Shown one piece after another: positions 27,214-36,899 of a stretch of 64,000 nucleotides of DNA. Source of the stretch: an uncultured Myxococcales bacterium (GTDB taxonomy: Bacteria; Myxococcota_A; UBA9042); NCBI GenBank assembly GCA_903924465.1, contig CAIYBN010000137.1:2606-66605 (forward strand), read 5' to 3'. Position 1 is the first letter of the stretch, and each line of letters opens with the position of its first letter. Made by a program: the position numbers and the translations under genes. The notes under the pieces are model-generated. The model was not told the origin of the DNA. It was given only the letters and a program-made list of their open reading frames with translations, and did no database searches.

Positions 27214-30114
27214 TCAGGGCGGCGAATCTGCCGCAGCCGGCGCGCGCGCGCAATGGACAAGCAACTGCCTTTCCGCGGTCCGGTGCGCGCCAGCCCGCGC
27301 TTGAATTGTAACGGCGTTCAGGCCGCTGTCGAGTCGCAGCTGTGCGCGAAATGGCACATCCATCTGGCTGTAGCCTGCCTGATACGCCTGTTTTACGCCA
27401 CCCACGCTCGCCGTGACAAAACGCCGTGCGGGACTGTGGCTATCAAAATGCGCCGATCCCACGACCGTCAGTTCACACGGATCGCGAACCGGCGGCAGGC
27501 GCGCTTCCACCAACGTGATCGTCGGCGACAGCGCCCACTCCTGCGCCTGCCTCGCCAGCAGCTCGCGGATGCGCGTGCGCGCCACCCGCGGCGCGTCGGC
27601 CACCGTCTTGCGGGCCCAGGCGATGTCGATGGGTTCCACGCGCTGCACGGCCAAGGTCTCGTCGGCGATGGTCAACTCGAGTTGCACGGGCTGCCAATCG
27701 TCGATCGCGACGGGCGACTTCGGGTCCGCGCCGGTCACAGCGAATCGCGCGATCGCGGACGCACCGGGGGCCAGTTGTCCCAGCCGCACCCGCCCTTCGG
27801 CCAAGTGCAAGCGCTGCGTTCCGAGCACCCGCAGCCGCACCTCGGTGGCCTGCGACAATCCCAGCCCCAGATTTTGCACCTCAATGCCGAGCGTCGCCGT
27901 TTCACGCGGTTGGAGCACGCCGTCCGGCATGAAGCCATTTGAATCGTCCAGCGTCACGCGAAAGGCGAAGTCGGGCTGCGGCCGCTCGGTCACGGTCACC
28001 AGCGTGTCGTCATGCGGCGCAAGTGGCTGGCCATCCTGGGCTGCCATCACCTCCATCGGCACGGCCACGTTGCCATGCCGCACCGACACGCGCACGGACA
28101 GCGGCACGGTGCGCTGCTGCCCCGGCTCCAGGCGACCGACCAGTTGTTCGTGGCCGTCCAGGACTGGATCGTCCGAGCGCGTGAGCACCTGCAGGCGCGT
28201 CAGCGGCGTCTTGCCGAGATTGGTCAGCGTCACCGATACGCGCAAGACGTCGCCGGCCGCCACTTGAATCCCTTGATTCGCATCGGCAATCTCCACTCGC
28301 AGCGCCGGATTGGTCACGCGCTCGCCCGGACGCCAGTCGATGTTCTGCTTTTTCAGGTGCGCGACGAGCCCCTCGTCATCTTCCCGCGCCATCTCCGCCA
28401 AATCAGCCTGCGCCGCGTGCAGCGCGACTTGTGCATTCACATCGCCGGAGCGCCGCAGCAGCTGCGCCGCGCGTTGGCGGGGCGCCCGATCGATCACCTC
28501 GGCCTGCGTCTCCTGACCCGCTTCCGCTTGCGTCGGGTCCGGCAGCAGCACGCGCAACCGATAGGCCGCCTGTGGAACGGTGACCGGCTGGGCCAGCCGC
28601 GACCGGCGGTTGCTGCGCACCTGCCGCGGAGCGCCAAAGAGACTGACATTCTCGCGGGTTGCGGAAATGAACTGCACGCCCACATCTGGCGTAATTCCGA
28701 CGGTGTGCAGGTCCACATCGCCCTGGACCAAATACTTCGCCACCGTCAGCTTCAGCGCCGCGTCGCCCATTTCATACGGCACCTGCACGCTGGCTTTGCC
28801 AAAGCTCTGTTCGCCCACGACGATGGCGCGGTTGGAAAATTTCAATGAGCCCGCCACAACTTCCGACGCGCTCGCCGAATGGCCGTTGACAAGGACTGCC
28901 AGCGCCACGTGGCGAAATTTGCCGTGCCCTGACACCAGTCGCTCGTCCCGGGCGTGCTGCGCACCCGTGACCGTGATGACGGCCGGTCCTGAACGCATGA
29001 ACAGATCGCAGACGCGGACGGCTTCATCCAGCAGTCCGCCCGGGTTGTCGCGCAAATCCAGCACCAAGGCCGGCTGACTGCCGGATTCGATGAGCGTGTC
29101 GATCGCCTCGCGCAACTCATCCGCAGTCCCGCGTTGGAAGTTCTTGATGCGCGCGTAGCCCACGCCGTTGTCCAGCAACCGCGACTCCACGCTTTGTAGG
29201 TGGATCACGGCACGCGTCACGGTCACCTCCTGCGGCAAGGTCCAGCCTTTGCGCCGCAGCAGCAGGTGCGCTGGCGTATCCACTTCACCGCGCAGGCGGT
29301 CGACCGCGTCGTCCACGCTCATGTTCAGCGTGTCTTCGCCGTCGATCTGCAGGATTTCATCACTTGGCAAAATACCGGCCTTTTGTGCCGGCGAATCGGG
29401 CAGCACCGACTGCACCACCAGCACCCCCTCCTGCGTCAGGATCACGATGCCCAGCCCGCCGAAATGTCCGCCGGTATTGGTCTGCATGTCCCGCCACTGG
29501 TCCGGGTCCAGCATGTGCGAATACGGGTCCATCGTCGCCAGCATCCCGTTCACTGCCACGTATTCCACGCGCGCCGGCTGCACGTCTGGCGGCAAATGGT
29601 CCGCGATGATACGCAGCGCTTGCAGCAGCGCCCAGCCCAAGCGCAGTGGGTTCGTCACGGTCGTTGCATCGATGTTCCAGGTCGATTCGCCAATCCGCAG
29701 TCGCAGCGTTTTCGGCTGGCCGTCCGGGTAGAGCTGCGGCGTATCGACCAGCATTTCCGGCACCAGATGGGCGACGGCTTGCAGCGCTTCCTCCAGCATT
29801 TCACGCGGCTGCATGCGCGCCGGATCGACGTAGCGGTGGCGCATCAACTCGAGCGCGCGTCCGACGATGCGGCCTTCGCGCAGCGCGGCGAGTTCTGGCT
29901 CGCGGATGCCGGGCAGCGGCGCACCGGGCAAGGCAATCGACGGCTCGCGGTCTGACGCCGGCACGCCGGTTTGTCCAGTTGTCCGAGCAGGTTCCGGCGC
30001 TGCCAGCAACTGCCACAGGGCAAAGAAGCACACGCTTGCGGCACCCACGGCAAGCGCGAGGCGCACGCGGTAGCGCGGTGGTCGGGTCGGCGGATTGGGC
30101 TGGGCATCTTTCAC
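27214..30114 (-). CDS. S41 C-terminal processing serine peptidase with PDZ domain and long C-terminal extension
   Basis: DPYS, FGGLGI, SPAQKAGI, LDLRDNPGGLL, SASASE, FGKASVQ; start estimated at GTG 30114. Confidence 0.9.
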   Translation of the reverse strand: MKDAQPNPPTRPPRYRVRLALAVGAASVCFFALWQLLAAPEPARTTGQTGVPASDREPSIALPGAPLPGIREPELAALREGRIVGRALELMRHRYVDPARMQPREMLEEALQAVAHLVPEMLVDTPQLYPDGQPKTLRLRIGESTWNIDATTVTNPLRLGWALLQALRIIADHLPPDVQPARVEYVAVNGMLATMDPYSHMLDPDQWRDMQTNTGGHFGGLGIVILTQEGVLVVQSVLPDSPAQKAGILPSDEILQIDGEDTLNMSVDDAVDRLRGEVDTPAHLLLRRKGWTLPQEVTVTRAVIHLQSVESRLLDNGVGYARIKNFQRGTADELREAIDTLIESGSQPALVLDLRDNPGGLLDEAVRVCDLFMRSGPAVITVTGAQHARDERLVSGHGKFRHVALAVLVNGHSASASEVVAGSLKFSNRAIVVGEQSFGKASVQVPYEMGDAALKLTVAKYLVQGDVDLHTVGITPDVGVQFISATRENVSLFGAPRQVRSNRRSRLAQPVTVPQAAYRLRVLLPDPTQAEAGQETQAEVIDRAPRQRAAQLLRRSGDVNAQVALHAAQADLAEMAREDDEGLVAHLKKQNIDWRPGERVTNPALRVEIADANQGIQVAAGDVLRVSVTLTNLGKTPLTRLQVLTRSDDPVLDGHEQLVGRLEPGQQRTVPLSVRVSVRHGNVAVPMEVMAAQDGQPLAPHDDTLVTVTERPQPDFAFRVTLDDSNGFMPDGVLQPRETATLGIEVQNLGLGLSQATEVRLRVLGTQRLHLAEGRVRLGQLAPGASAIARFAVTGADPKSPVAIDDWQPVQLELTIADETLAVQRVEPIDIAWARKTVADAPRVARTRIRELLARQAQEWALSPTITLVEARLPPVRDPCELTVVGSAHFDSHSPARRFVTASVGGVKQAYQAGYSQMDVPFRAQLRLDSGLNAVTIQARAGAHRTAERQLLVHCARAPAAADSPP

Positions 30115-30264
30115 GCGCGGCAGGATAGCCGTTTGCCCACCGGTGCGCGAGGCCGGCGACCCACTGCGAGAAATCTGACGGTGGATGCAACACCTTTTCA
30201 TTACTTGCAACGCGGGCCGACGCGGGTACGCTCTGGCCACCAGCCGTTGCTGGCGTGACGAACG

Positions 30265-31875
30265 ATGCTGCTCCGTCTCTTTGCATGGCTGCTCGCCGGT
30301 GTGACTGCGCCGGTTCCGACGCTGGATGTCCTGAGCGACCAAATCGCTGCCTGCCTCGGACGCGAAGACCCGCAGTGCGCAGAACCGCTGGTCGCCGACA
30401 TGCAGCGACAGATGGCGGATTCGGTCTCGGCGGCGTACTGCCGCGGCGTCACGGATTTTCTGGAAGGAAAGTTCCCTGAAGCGCGGATCTCGCTGCAGAA
30501 GATCGCAGGCGTGGCCCATGCCCCGGCGACCCTGCGCGAACATGCCCAGCAATACCTGGATCTGGCGATTTCGACGGCGGAAGTCTTGGACGGCGCCAAG
30601 CCGCACAAGCTGCTCGGCGGACGCGTGACGGTGTGGCTGCGGCCGGGCGCCGATGAGGTCCTGTTGGGCTACATCGAGCACGTCGTGAGCCGAACCTTGC
30701 CGATCCTGGAACAGGCATTTGGCGCGGTCGGCGACGAGCCCATCGCCATTCACGTCTATCCGCGCAGCGAGGATCTGGGTCGCGTGAGCGGGCTGACCGT
30801 CGACCAAATTCGCAATTCCGGCACGATCGCGCTGTGCAAATACAATCGCGTGATGCTGACCAGCCCGCAGGATCTGGTCTTCGGCTATGCCTGGGCGGAC
30901 ACGGTCGCGCATGAGCTGACGCACTGGTTCATCATCAAACGCGGTGGTCCCGGCGTACCGGTCTGGCTGCACGAAGGGCTGGCGCGTTCCTATGAAGGCG
31001 TGTGGCGTGGTCGGGCTGCGGCGCTGTTGGACCGCAGTGAGCGGCAGGCGCTGCTGTTGGCGCGTGGCAAGAAGAAGTTCATCACGCTGGCGCGGATGTC
31101 GCCGTCGATGGCGCTGCTGCCGACCCAGGAGGACACGCAGCTGGCCTTCGCGGAGGTGCACCACGCCGTCGGCTGGCTGCTGGCGCACGGCGGCGTGCAG
31201 GAATCCAGGGCAGGGCGCGCGTCCGATGGTCAGGCTGGGCGGCTTGTCAGCTACTTCGGCCAAGGCCTGGACGAAAGCGCGGCGTTGCAGAAGTTCTCAG
31301 GGCTCGCGCCCGCGCAGTTCGCCGCCGATTGGAAGAAGGACATGCTCGCGGTGGATTTGCGGGAACAGAACGATCCAGAGCAGCAGCTGCGTCACCCGGA
31401 GAAGCTGTACTTCAAGTCGGCGGGCGGAACTGCGGCCGTTTTGAAAAGCCTGGGTGGCGATGCGCGCAAGTTTGCGGAACTGGGCGATCGGCTGGCGGTG
31501 GCGCACCGGCCGCTGGCGGCGGTGATCGAATACCGCAAGGCGATGGCCGCCGGCCAAAGCGACGGGCCCCTCTTGCCCACCCGGCTGGTCCGCGTGCTGC
31601 TGGATCTGCAGAAGCCCGATGAGGCGCTGGAGTACTTGAAGCCGGCGCTGGAGGCGTGGCCCGAACACGCGCCGCTCTACATTCTCGCCGGTCGCGCCCA
31701 GGTCGCGGCGGGCAAATTTCGCGAGGCGCTGGAATCATTGGAACGCGCCGCGTGGTTCAATCCATTTGATCCGCAGCTCCATGAGTTAGCCGCCCAGGCG
31801 CACGACGCGCTGGGCGAAGCGAATGATGCAGCGCAGGCCCGTGCTCGGCAGAAGCTCGTGACGTCCGGCTTGTGA
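30265..31875 (+). CDS. Peptidase MA-family zinc metalloprotease with TPR repeats
   Basis: HELTH and PVWLHEGLA gluzincin motifs; C-terminal TPRs. Confidence 0.82.
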   Translation: MLLRLFAWLLAGVTAPVPTLDVLSDQIAACLGREDPQCAEPLVADMQRQMADSVSAAYCRGVTDFLEGKFPEARISLQKIAGVAHAPATLREHAQQYLDLAISTAEVLDGAKPHKLLGGRVTVWLRPGADEVLLGYIEHVVSRTLPILEQAFGAVGDEPIAIHVYPRSEDLGRVSGLTVDQIRNSGTIALCKYNRVMLTSPQDLVFGYAWADTVAHELTHWFIIKRGGPGVPVWLHEGLARSYEGVWRGRAAALLDRSERQALLLARGKKKFITLARMSPSMALLPTQEDTQLAFAEVHHAVGWLLAHGGVQESRAGRASDGQAGRLVSYFGQGLDESAALQKFSGLAPAQFAADWKKDMLAVDLREQNDPEQQLRHPEKLYFKSAGGTAAVLKSLGGDARKFAELGDRLAVAHRPLAAVIEYRKAMAAGQSDGPLLPTRLVRVLLDLQKPDEALEYLKPALEAWPEHAPLYILAGRAQVAAGKFREALESLERAAWFNPFDPQLHELAAQAHDALGEANDAAQARARQKLVTSGL

Positions 31876-31882
31876 GGTCTGC

Positions 31883-31931
31883 GTGACGTGGTCACAAGGC
31901 ACTTGACGGCTCCCACGCGAGGGCTCAGTTT
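31883..31931 (+). promoter_or_regulatory. Candidate promoter with an upstream palindrome
   Basis: GTGACgtgGTCAC at 31883-31895, then TTGACG-N17-CAGTTT. Confidence 0.35.
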
Positions 31932-31963
31932 TGCAGTTGGTAACCTGAAGCAGCGAGGTCAAG

Positions 31964-33004
31964 ATGCGAATTCTTCTGGGTGCGATCCTGTTTCTGGCAG
32001 CCTGTAGCCAAACGACGACGGGCGACGACGCGACCTCCGCAACGGGCGACCAGGCCGATGCGCTGGACGTCCACTTTGGCGCCGATGTGCCGACGACGGC
32101 CGATGCGACCGCAGATGCGTTGACCGACGCGGTTGCTGATGCGGCCCCGGACGCGCTGGCCGATGTCACCGACGCCGTGACCGATGTCTTGACGGATTCC
32201 GTCGCGGACGCCGCCGGCGATGCTGCGCCGGATGCGATCGCGCCGGACGTGTCTCAAGCTGATGTGCAGCCAGACGCTGCGCCGGACGCTACGCCGGACG
32301 CAGTGCCCGACGCAACCGACGACGCGACGAGCGACGTAGCGCTGGATGCCGCGGACGACGTCACCAGCGACGTGCCCGTGGTCACCACCATGACGGGCTG
32401 TTCCGACGGCAGCCGCGAGGGTTTCGGCAACCAGCAGAACTTTCCCACCATCGCGGCTTGCGGTGGCGCGTGGGATCAGCCGGGAATCTTCAACATGCCG
32501 GCCAAGTGCAACCGCCAGGGCGGCAACGACGGCGTGAATGCCGCGGGCACGGGCTGCACTGTGACCGACCTGTGCGCGACCGGTTGGCACGTCTGCTATG
32601 GCAAGGACGACGTTGTTTTCCGCAATCCCAATGGCTGCGCAGGCGTGATGACGGGCGCCACCCCGCCAGTCTTCTTCACGACGCAAATGTCGTCGAGCGG
32701 TTCATTCAACTGCGCCAGCGGTGCGGCGGCGACCAATGACCTGTTTGGCTGCGGCAACCTCGGCTGCGACTTTACCGGCAACACCACGTGCAAGGCACTG
32801 TGCTCGCCGCTCACCTTGTCCAGCCATGACCTGTGCAAAGGCCTACGCAACGATTTGAGCTGCGGCGACTGGTGCAACCACCTCGGCAAGTACCCCGGCG
32901 CGCCCAACAGCTGGGATTGCGGCACGGACGGCGACAAGGAAGCGCTCAACGTCGTCAAGACGCATCCGGAGCAGCAAGGCGGCGTCCTGTGCTGTCTCGA
33001 CTGA
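31964..33004 (+). CDS. Lipoprotein with an Asp/Ala/Thr low-complexity stalk and a Cys-rich C-terminal domain
   Basis: LAAC lipobox; DATADA-type repeats; GCSDGSREGF...GWHVC...GGVLCC. Confidence 0.8.
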   Translation: MRILLGAILFLAACSQTTTGDDATSATGDQADALDVHFGADVPTTADATADALTDAVADAAPDALADVTDAVTDVLTDSVADAAGDAAPDAIAPDVSQADVQPDAAPDATPDAVPDATDDATSDVALDAADDVTSDVPVVTTMTGCSDGSREGFGNQQNFPTIAACGGAWDQPGIFNMPAKCNRQGGNDGVNAAGTGCTVTDLCATGWHVCYGKDDVVFRNPNGCAGVMTGATPPVFFTTQMSSSGSFNCASGAAATNDLFGCGNLGCDFTGNTTCKALCSPLTLSSHDLCKGLRNDLSCGDWCNHLGKYPGAPNSWDCGTDGDKEALNVVKTHPEQQGGVLCCLD

Positions 33005-34407
33005 GCGTCGTCGCACGCCTGGCGTGGCTCGTGGTGCTTGTCGCTGTGGTGTTGCGGTTCTATGGCCTTGACCGACTGCCCGGTATCAACGGCGATGAAG
33101 CCTGGCTCGCGTTGCAAGTCCAGCACCTGCTGCGCGGCGAGCACGTGTCGCTGCGCACGCCGACCCACATGTTCATCAATCCGCTGCTGGTCGCGACCGA
33201 AGCGGGAATCCTGAAGCTGCTGCCGCCCTCGGGGTGGACGCTGCGCCTGCCGATCGCGATCTGGGGCGTGCTGGGTCTGGGCGCCTTCGCGACGCTCGGC
33301 TGGCGGCTGTGGCGTGATCGCCTGCTCGTGGCGCTGGCGACCGCGCTGTTCGCCGCCGCGCCGATTGCCGTGGCCTATTGCCATTGCGCCTGGGACCCCA
33401 GCTTTCTTCTCGTGGTCGCGCCGCTCGTCTGGCTGCCGGCGCTGCGTCTGGCCGATCAGCCGAGCAGCCGGCTGGATTGGACGCTGCTCGTGATCGGCGC
33501 GGTGGCTTGTCTCTGGGTGCACCTGACGTCTGTCCTGATGCTGGCGGTGCTCGCGCTGGGGCTGTGGCGGCTCAATCCACCGACGCGACGGGTGACGTGG
33601 ATCTGGCTGGGGCTCGGGCTCGCTGCCGTGGTCGCGCTCGCGTGGATCGGCGGTCTGGGCACGCAGGCGCTCTCGCTGCTGGTGGAACGTCCGCTGCGGT
33701 TTGCGACGCGGCCGGAGTCCACGATCCAACTGCTCGCGCTCCCGGGGCTGCTGGCGACCGGCGGCCGCGCTTTCGGTTTCTTTGCCGGCATGCCGGAGAC
33801 CTGGCTGGTCTGGGCCGTCGCCGCGTCGGCCATGCTCGGTCTGACGGGACTGGCTTGGCGTCTGCGGCGCTCGGAACTCGCCAGTGATCGCCTGCTCGCC
33901 TGGTCCTGGCTGCTCCTGCCGCTGCCGTGGTGGGTGGCGGCGGGGCTGCTCGTGCCCCAGGCCGTTGGGCGCGAGCGTTACGTCGTCTGGCTGATGGTGC
34001 CGATCGTGCTGCTGCTCGTGCGCGGTTTGCAGGCAGCGCCGCGGTTGCTGCTGTCCGTCGCGCTGGCCTCTGTAGTCCTGAGCGGGGTCTGGCTGTACGC
34101 GGTGGAGCAGCAACTCTGGCCGGAGACGATGCACCGCGCCTTCCGCACCGGTGCGCGGGAACCCAAGGTGGCGGTTGCGGAGCGCATTCGTGAACTCGCG
34201 GTGCCGGGGCAGCCGTTGCGCGTGGCGGTGACGGATTGGTGGCTGGAACATCCGCTGCGGTACCTGCTGCCGTCCGACGCGCAAGTCGGCGTGGGTCTGG
34301 ACCATCCGCAGTTCTCGGTCGTCTGGTCGGCATCGGCCGGCAAGACGTTTCCCGAGACCCTGTCCGATCGCCACGGGCGACCTATCTTGTCCCTGCTTCG
34401 CCCGTGA
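32989..34407 (+). CDS. GT-C fold membrane glycosyltransferase (PMT/ArnT, GT39/GT83-like)
   Basis: LRFYGL..PGINGDEAW motif, LRLP, many TM helices; GTG start overlaps the upstream lipoprotein. Confidence 0.7.
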   Translation: MLSRLSVVARLAWLVVLVAVVLRFYGLDRLPGINGDEAWLALQVQHLLRGEHVSLRTPTHMFINPLLVATEAGILKLLPPSGWTLRLPIAIWGVLGLGAFATLGWRLWRDRLLVALATALFAAAPIAVAYCHCAWDPSFLLVVAPLVWLPALRLADQPSSRLDWTLLVIGAVACLWVHLTSVLMLAVLALGLWRLNPPTRRVTWIWLGLGLAAVVALAWIGGLGTQALSLLVERPLRFATRPESTIQLLALPGLLATGGRAFGFFAGMPETWLVWAVAASAMLGLTGLAWRLRRSELASDRLLAWSWLLLPLPWWVAAGLLVPQAVGRERYVVWLMVPIVLLLVRGLQAAPRLLLSVALASVVLSGVWLYAVEQQLWPETMHRAFRTGAREPKVAVAERIRELAVPGQPLRVAVTDWWLEHPLRYLLPSDAQVGVGLDHPQFSVVWSASAGKTFPETLSDRHGRPILSLLRP

Positions 34408-34434
34408 GGCCTTGCGTTCAAGAGGAAAACCCGT

Positions 34435-35319
34435 ATGCCAACGTCACAAAGTGCCATTTTTCGCCTCGGCCTACGTGCCCACGAGCATCTCGAGTTCGAT
34501 TTGCGCCCCCAAGCGACTGCGGACGCCATTCGCGCTGCGTGTGCGACGCTGGCAAACGGCTTGGGCGTTCAAGCACTCGTGGTGGGGTTCAGCGATCGGC
34601 TGTGGCGCCTGTTGGCCCCTGGCGATCAGGTTCCCGCCCATTTGGCGGCTCTGGCGCCGATTCGCGGTTCGGCGGGCCTGATGCCCGTGCATCAGCATGA
34701 TCTCTGGCTCTGGCTGCAGGACAGCGGGCCGGACTTGAATCTGGACGGCGCGCGACGCGCCATCGCGACGCTGGAACCGGTTCTGCAGCTCGTCGAGGAT
34801 ACGCAGGGCTACGTGTACCGCGATGGCCGCGATCTGACGGGCTTTGTCGATGGCACGGAAAATCCAGCGCCGGACGAGGCGGCAGCGGTCGCCATCGTCG
34901 CGGACGGGCCAGGCGTCGGTGGTTCGTTTGCGCTGGTCCAGCGCTGGCGCCACGATCTGCGACACTTTGAGGTGCTGCCGGTCGTCGAGCAGGAACGCAC
35001 CTTTGGCCGGACGAAACCGGATAGCATGGAATTGCCTGATCTGCCTGCGAATTCACACGTGGCGCGCGTCGTCGTCAAGACGGCCGACGGCGAGCTCAAA
35101 ATCTGGCGTCGCTCCGTGCCTTGGGGCAACGCGACGGCCAATGGCTTGCAGTTCGTGGCATTTTCCGCCGATCCGCAGCGGTTCGTGCGGATGCTGGAAC
35201 GGATGTTCGGCGCGTCGCCCGACCACGCGCAGGATCGGCTGTTGGACTTTTCCAGACCGGAGACGGGCGCGCTGTACTTTGTGCCGTCGACCGAGGCGCT
35301 GGCGCTGCTGGCGACCTGA
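34435..35319 (+). CDS. Dyp-type peroxidase
   Basis: RDLTGFVDGTENP, GGSF, QRWRH, GRTK, SHVAR, IWRRSVPWG. Confidence 0.92.
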   Translation: MPTSQSAIFRLGLRAHEHLEFDLRPQATADAIRAACATLANGLGVQALVVGFSDRLWRLLAPGDQVPAHLAALAPIRGSAGLMPVHQHDLWLWLQDSGPDLNLDGARRAIATLEPVLQLVEDTQGYVYRDGRDLTGFVDGTENPAPDEAAAVAIVADGPGVGGSFALVQRWRHDLRHFEVLPVVEQERTFGRTKPDSMELPDLPANSHVARVVVKTADGELKIWRRSVPWGNATANGLQFVAFSADPQRFVRMLERMFGASPDHAQDRLLDFSRPETGALYFVPSTEALALLAT

Positions 35320-35327
35320 ACGCGACG

Positions 35328-36482
35328 CTATTCCGCCAGATTGCGGCCATCCAATTCGGGGCCACGCTCCAGCCAGGCTTTGGCCGCCACGCGACCTTCC
35401 TCGTACATCGCCAGCATCGCGGTCCGCTCGAAGAACAGGTACGAACCGGCGTCGAAATGTCCGGAAGGCTGCGGCCGAATGGCGCGGAACAGGTCGACCT
35501 GCCGCAAGTCCGGGTCGCCGTGCTGCGCCGCGATGGCGTTGCGGTCGAGCAGCAGCTTGCGGTCCGTGTTGTAGGCGTTTTCCAAGAACGTGTCCGCCAA
35601 GCGCTCAATCGCGTTGCCAAATGTCCGCATCGGCGGCGCATCCTGATTCGGGCCGACCGTCACCAGCACGGGCACAATGCGGTGCGCGCCCAGCGCGACG
35701 GCCGGCGCCATCGGCGAATTGACCAACACGCCGCCGTCCCACAGGTCCAGCCCGTCCACGCGTACCGGGTTGAACAGGACGGGAATCGAGGCACTCGCCA
35801 GGATCATGTCCAGCGTGATGGTCGGGCGGTGCAGGTAGTGCTTGCTCGCCGCGGGCAGCTTCTCGGGCAAGTGGTTGACGATGCGAATCACGCGGCCGGT
35901 CTGCGCGTCCACCGTGTTGATCGCCAGTTTGACCTTGGTGGATCGCAGTTCACTGGCACCGATGGCTTTGGCGAGGCGCTCGCGCACGGGCTCCGTGGAG
36001 AACAGGTACGTCGATTGGATGCCGGACATCAGGCTGGACAGGCTGTCGAAGCGCGCGGTCATCAGGAACTCGACCAGCATCGCGAGCCGGCCGCTGTCGC
36101 GGTACCAGCGGTGCTTGCGTAAAAGCCCGCTGAAGATCCGCCACTCGCGTTCGCGCCGAGTCAGGCTGCGCAGCGGTTCTTCCCGCATCAGCCGCTGCAA
36201 CTCATGCCCCAGCGATTGAAAGAACGATTCGTTGGCGATGACCGGCGGGTTGTCAGCCAGATCCAGCCAAAACGCCAGCAGATCGTCCGGTTCCAAACCG
36301 GCGGCAATCAGCGCACCGTTCAAAGCACCGGCCGACGTGCCGCTCAAGACATCCGGCGCACTGCGAAACCCGTCCGGATGCTCGCGCAGCGTCTTCCACA
36401 CGCCCACTTGGAAAGCGCCGCGCGCGCCACCACCCGAGAGGACAAGACCAAGCGGACGCTGTGGGTCGGGGCGAAGCGGCAT
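35328..36482 (-). CDS. Patatin-like phospholipase
   Basis: LSGGGARGAFQVG, GTSAG, ASASIP, DGG. Confidence 0.9.
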   Translation of the reverse strand: MPLRPDPQRPLGLVLSGGGARGAFQVGVWKTLREHPDGFRSAPDVLSGTSAGALNGALIAAGLEPDDLLAFWLDLADNPPVIANESFFQSLGHELQRLMREEPLRSLTRREREWRIFSGLLRKHRWYRDSGRLAMLVEFLMTARFDSLSSLMSGIQSTYLFSTEPVRERLAKAIGASELRSTKVKLAINTVDAQTGRVIRIVNHLPEKLPAASKHYLHRPTITLDMILASASIPVLFNPVRVDGLDLWDGGVLVNSPMAPAVALGAHRIVPVLVTVGPNQDAPPMRTFGNAIERLADTFLENAYNTDRKLLLDRNAIAAQHGDPDLRQVDLFRAIRPQPSGHFDAGSYLFFERTAMLAMYEEGRVAAKAWLERGPELDGRNLAE

Positions 36483-36584
36483 GGGATCCTCATTGCTGCG
36501 GGAATGGGCCCGCGCGGACACTGTAGCAGGACGGTGTGGACGGGCAAAAAATGCCCGCAGTTGCGTTCTGTGCCTGAGTTTGCC

Positions 36585-36613
36585 TTGACTCGTTTCCGCT
36601 CAAGCGCGATCCT
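36585..36613 (+). promoter_or_regulatory. Candidate sigma70-type promoter for the small ORF-moaA pair
   Basis: TTGACT-N17-GATCCT. Confidence 0.3.
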
Positions 36614-36650
36614 GTTGGCCGACCTGCAAGGTCCCATGCGCGGAGCACTG

Positions 36651-36899
36651 ATGTATACCGTGACCCTGAAATCCTTCCCGCACGCCAGCCTCCATCGCTT
36701 GGAGCGCGTCGTGCAAAAACACTCGGGCGGTAAGTTGGAGTATCCGGAGCGCAACGCGCTGCTCGCCAAGGTCGAAGCCGGCCAGCCGCAAGTGGTCGCG
36801 CGCTATGTCGAGGAACACGTCGCGGAGAACGTCGTGCTGGAATACAAGCAGCACGGCGCAATCGCGGTCCTGGCAGAAGAAGGCGCAGCCGCGGCATGA
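36651..36899 (+). CDS. Small hypothetical protein, ribosomal L7/L12 C-terminal-domain-like pattern
   Basis: GGAG RBS; MYTVTLK...P.VV...V....AE.V...Y...GA; stop overlaps the moaA start (ATGA). Confidence 0.6.
   Translation: MYTVTLKSFPHASLHRLERVVQKHSGGKLEYPERNALLAKVEAGQPQVVARYVEEHVAENVVLEYKQHGAIAVLAEEGAAAA

Noticed and set aside
30115-31263. N-terminal extension of the 1349-aa S41 ORF
   Set aside because: Antisense to the peptidase MA gene; the real start is near the signal/TM segment at about 30114
34435-35319. Dyp as encapsulin cargo
   Set aside because: No C-terminal targeting peptide (GSLxIGSL-like) and no encapsulin gene nearby
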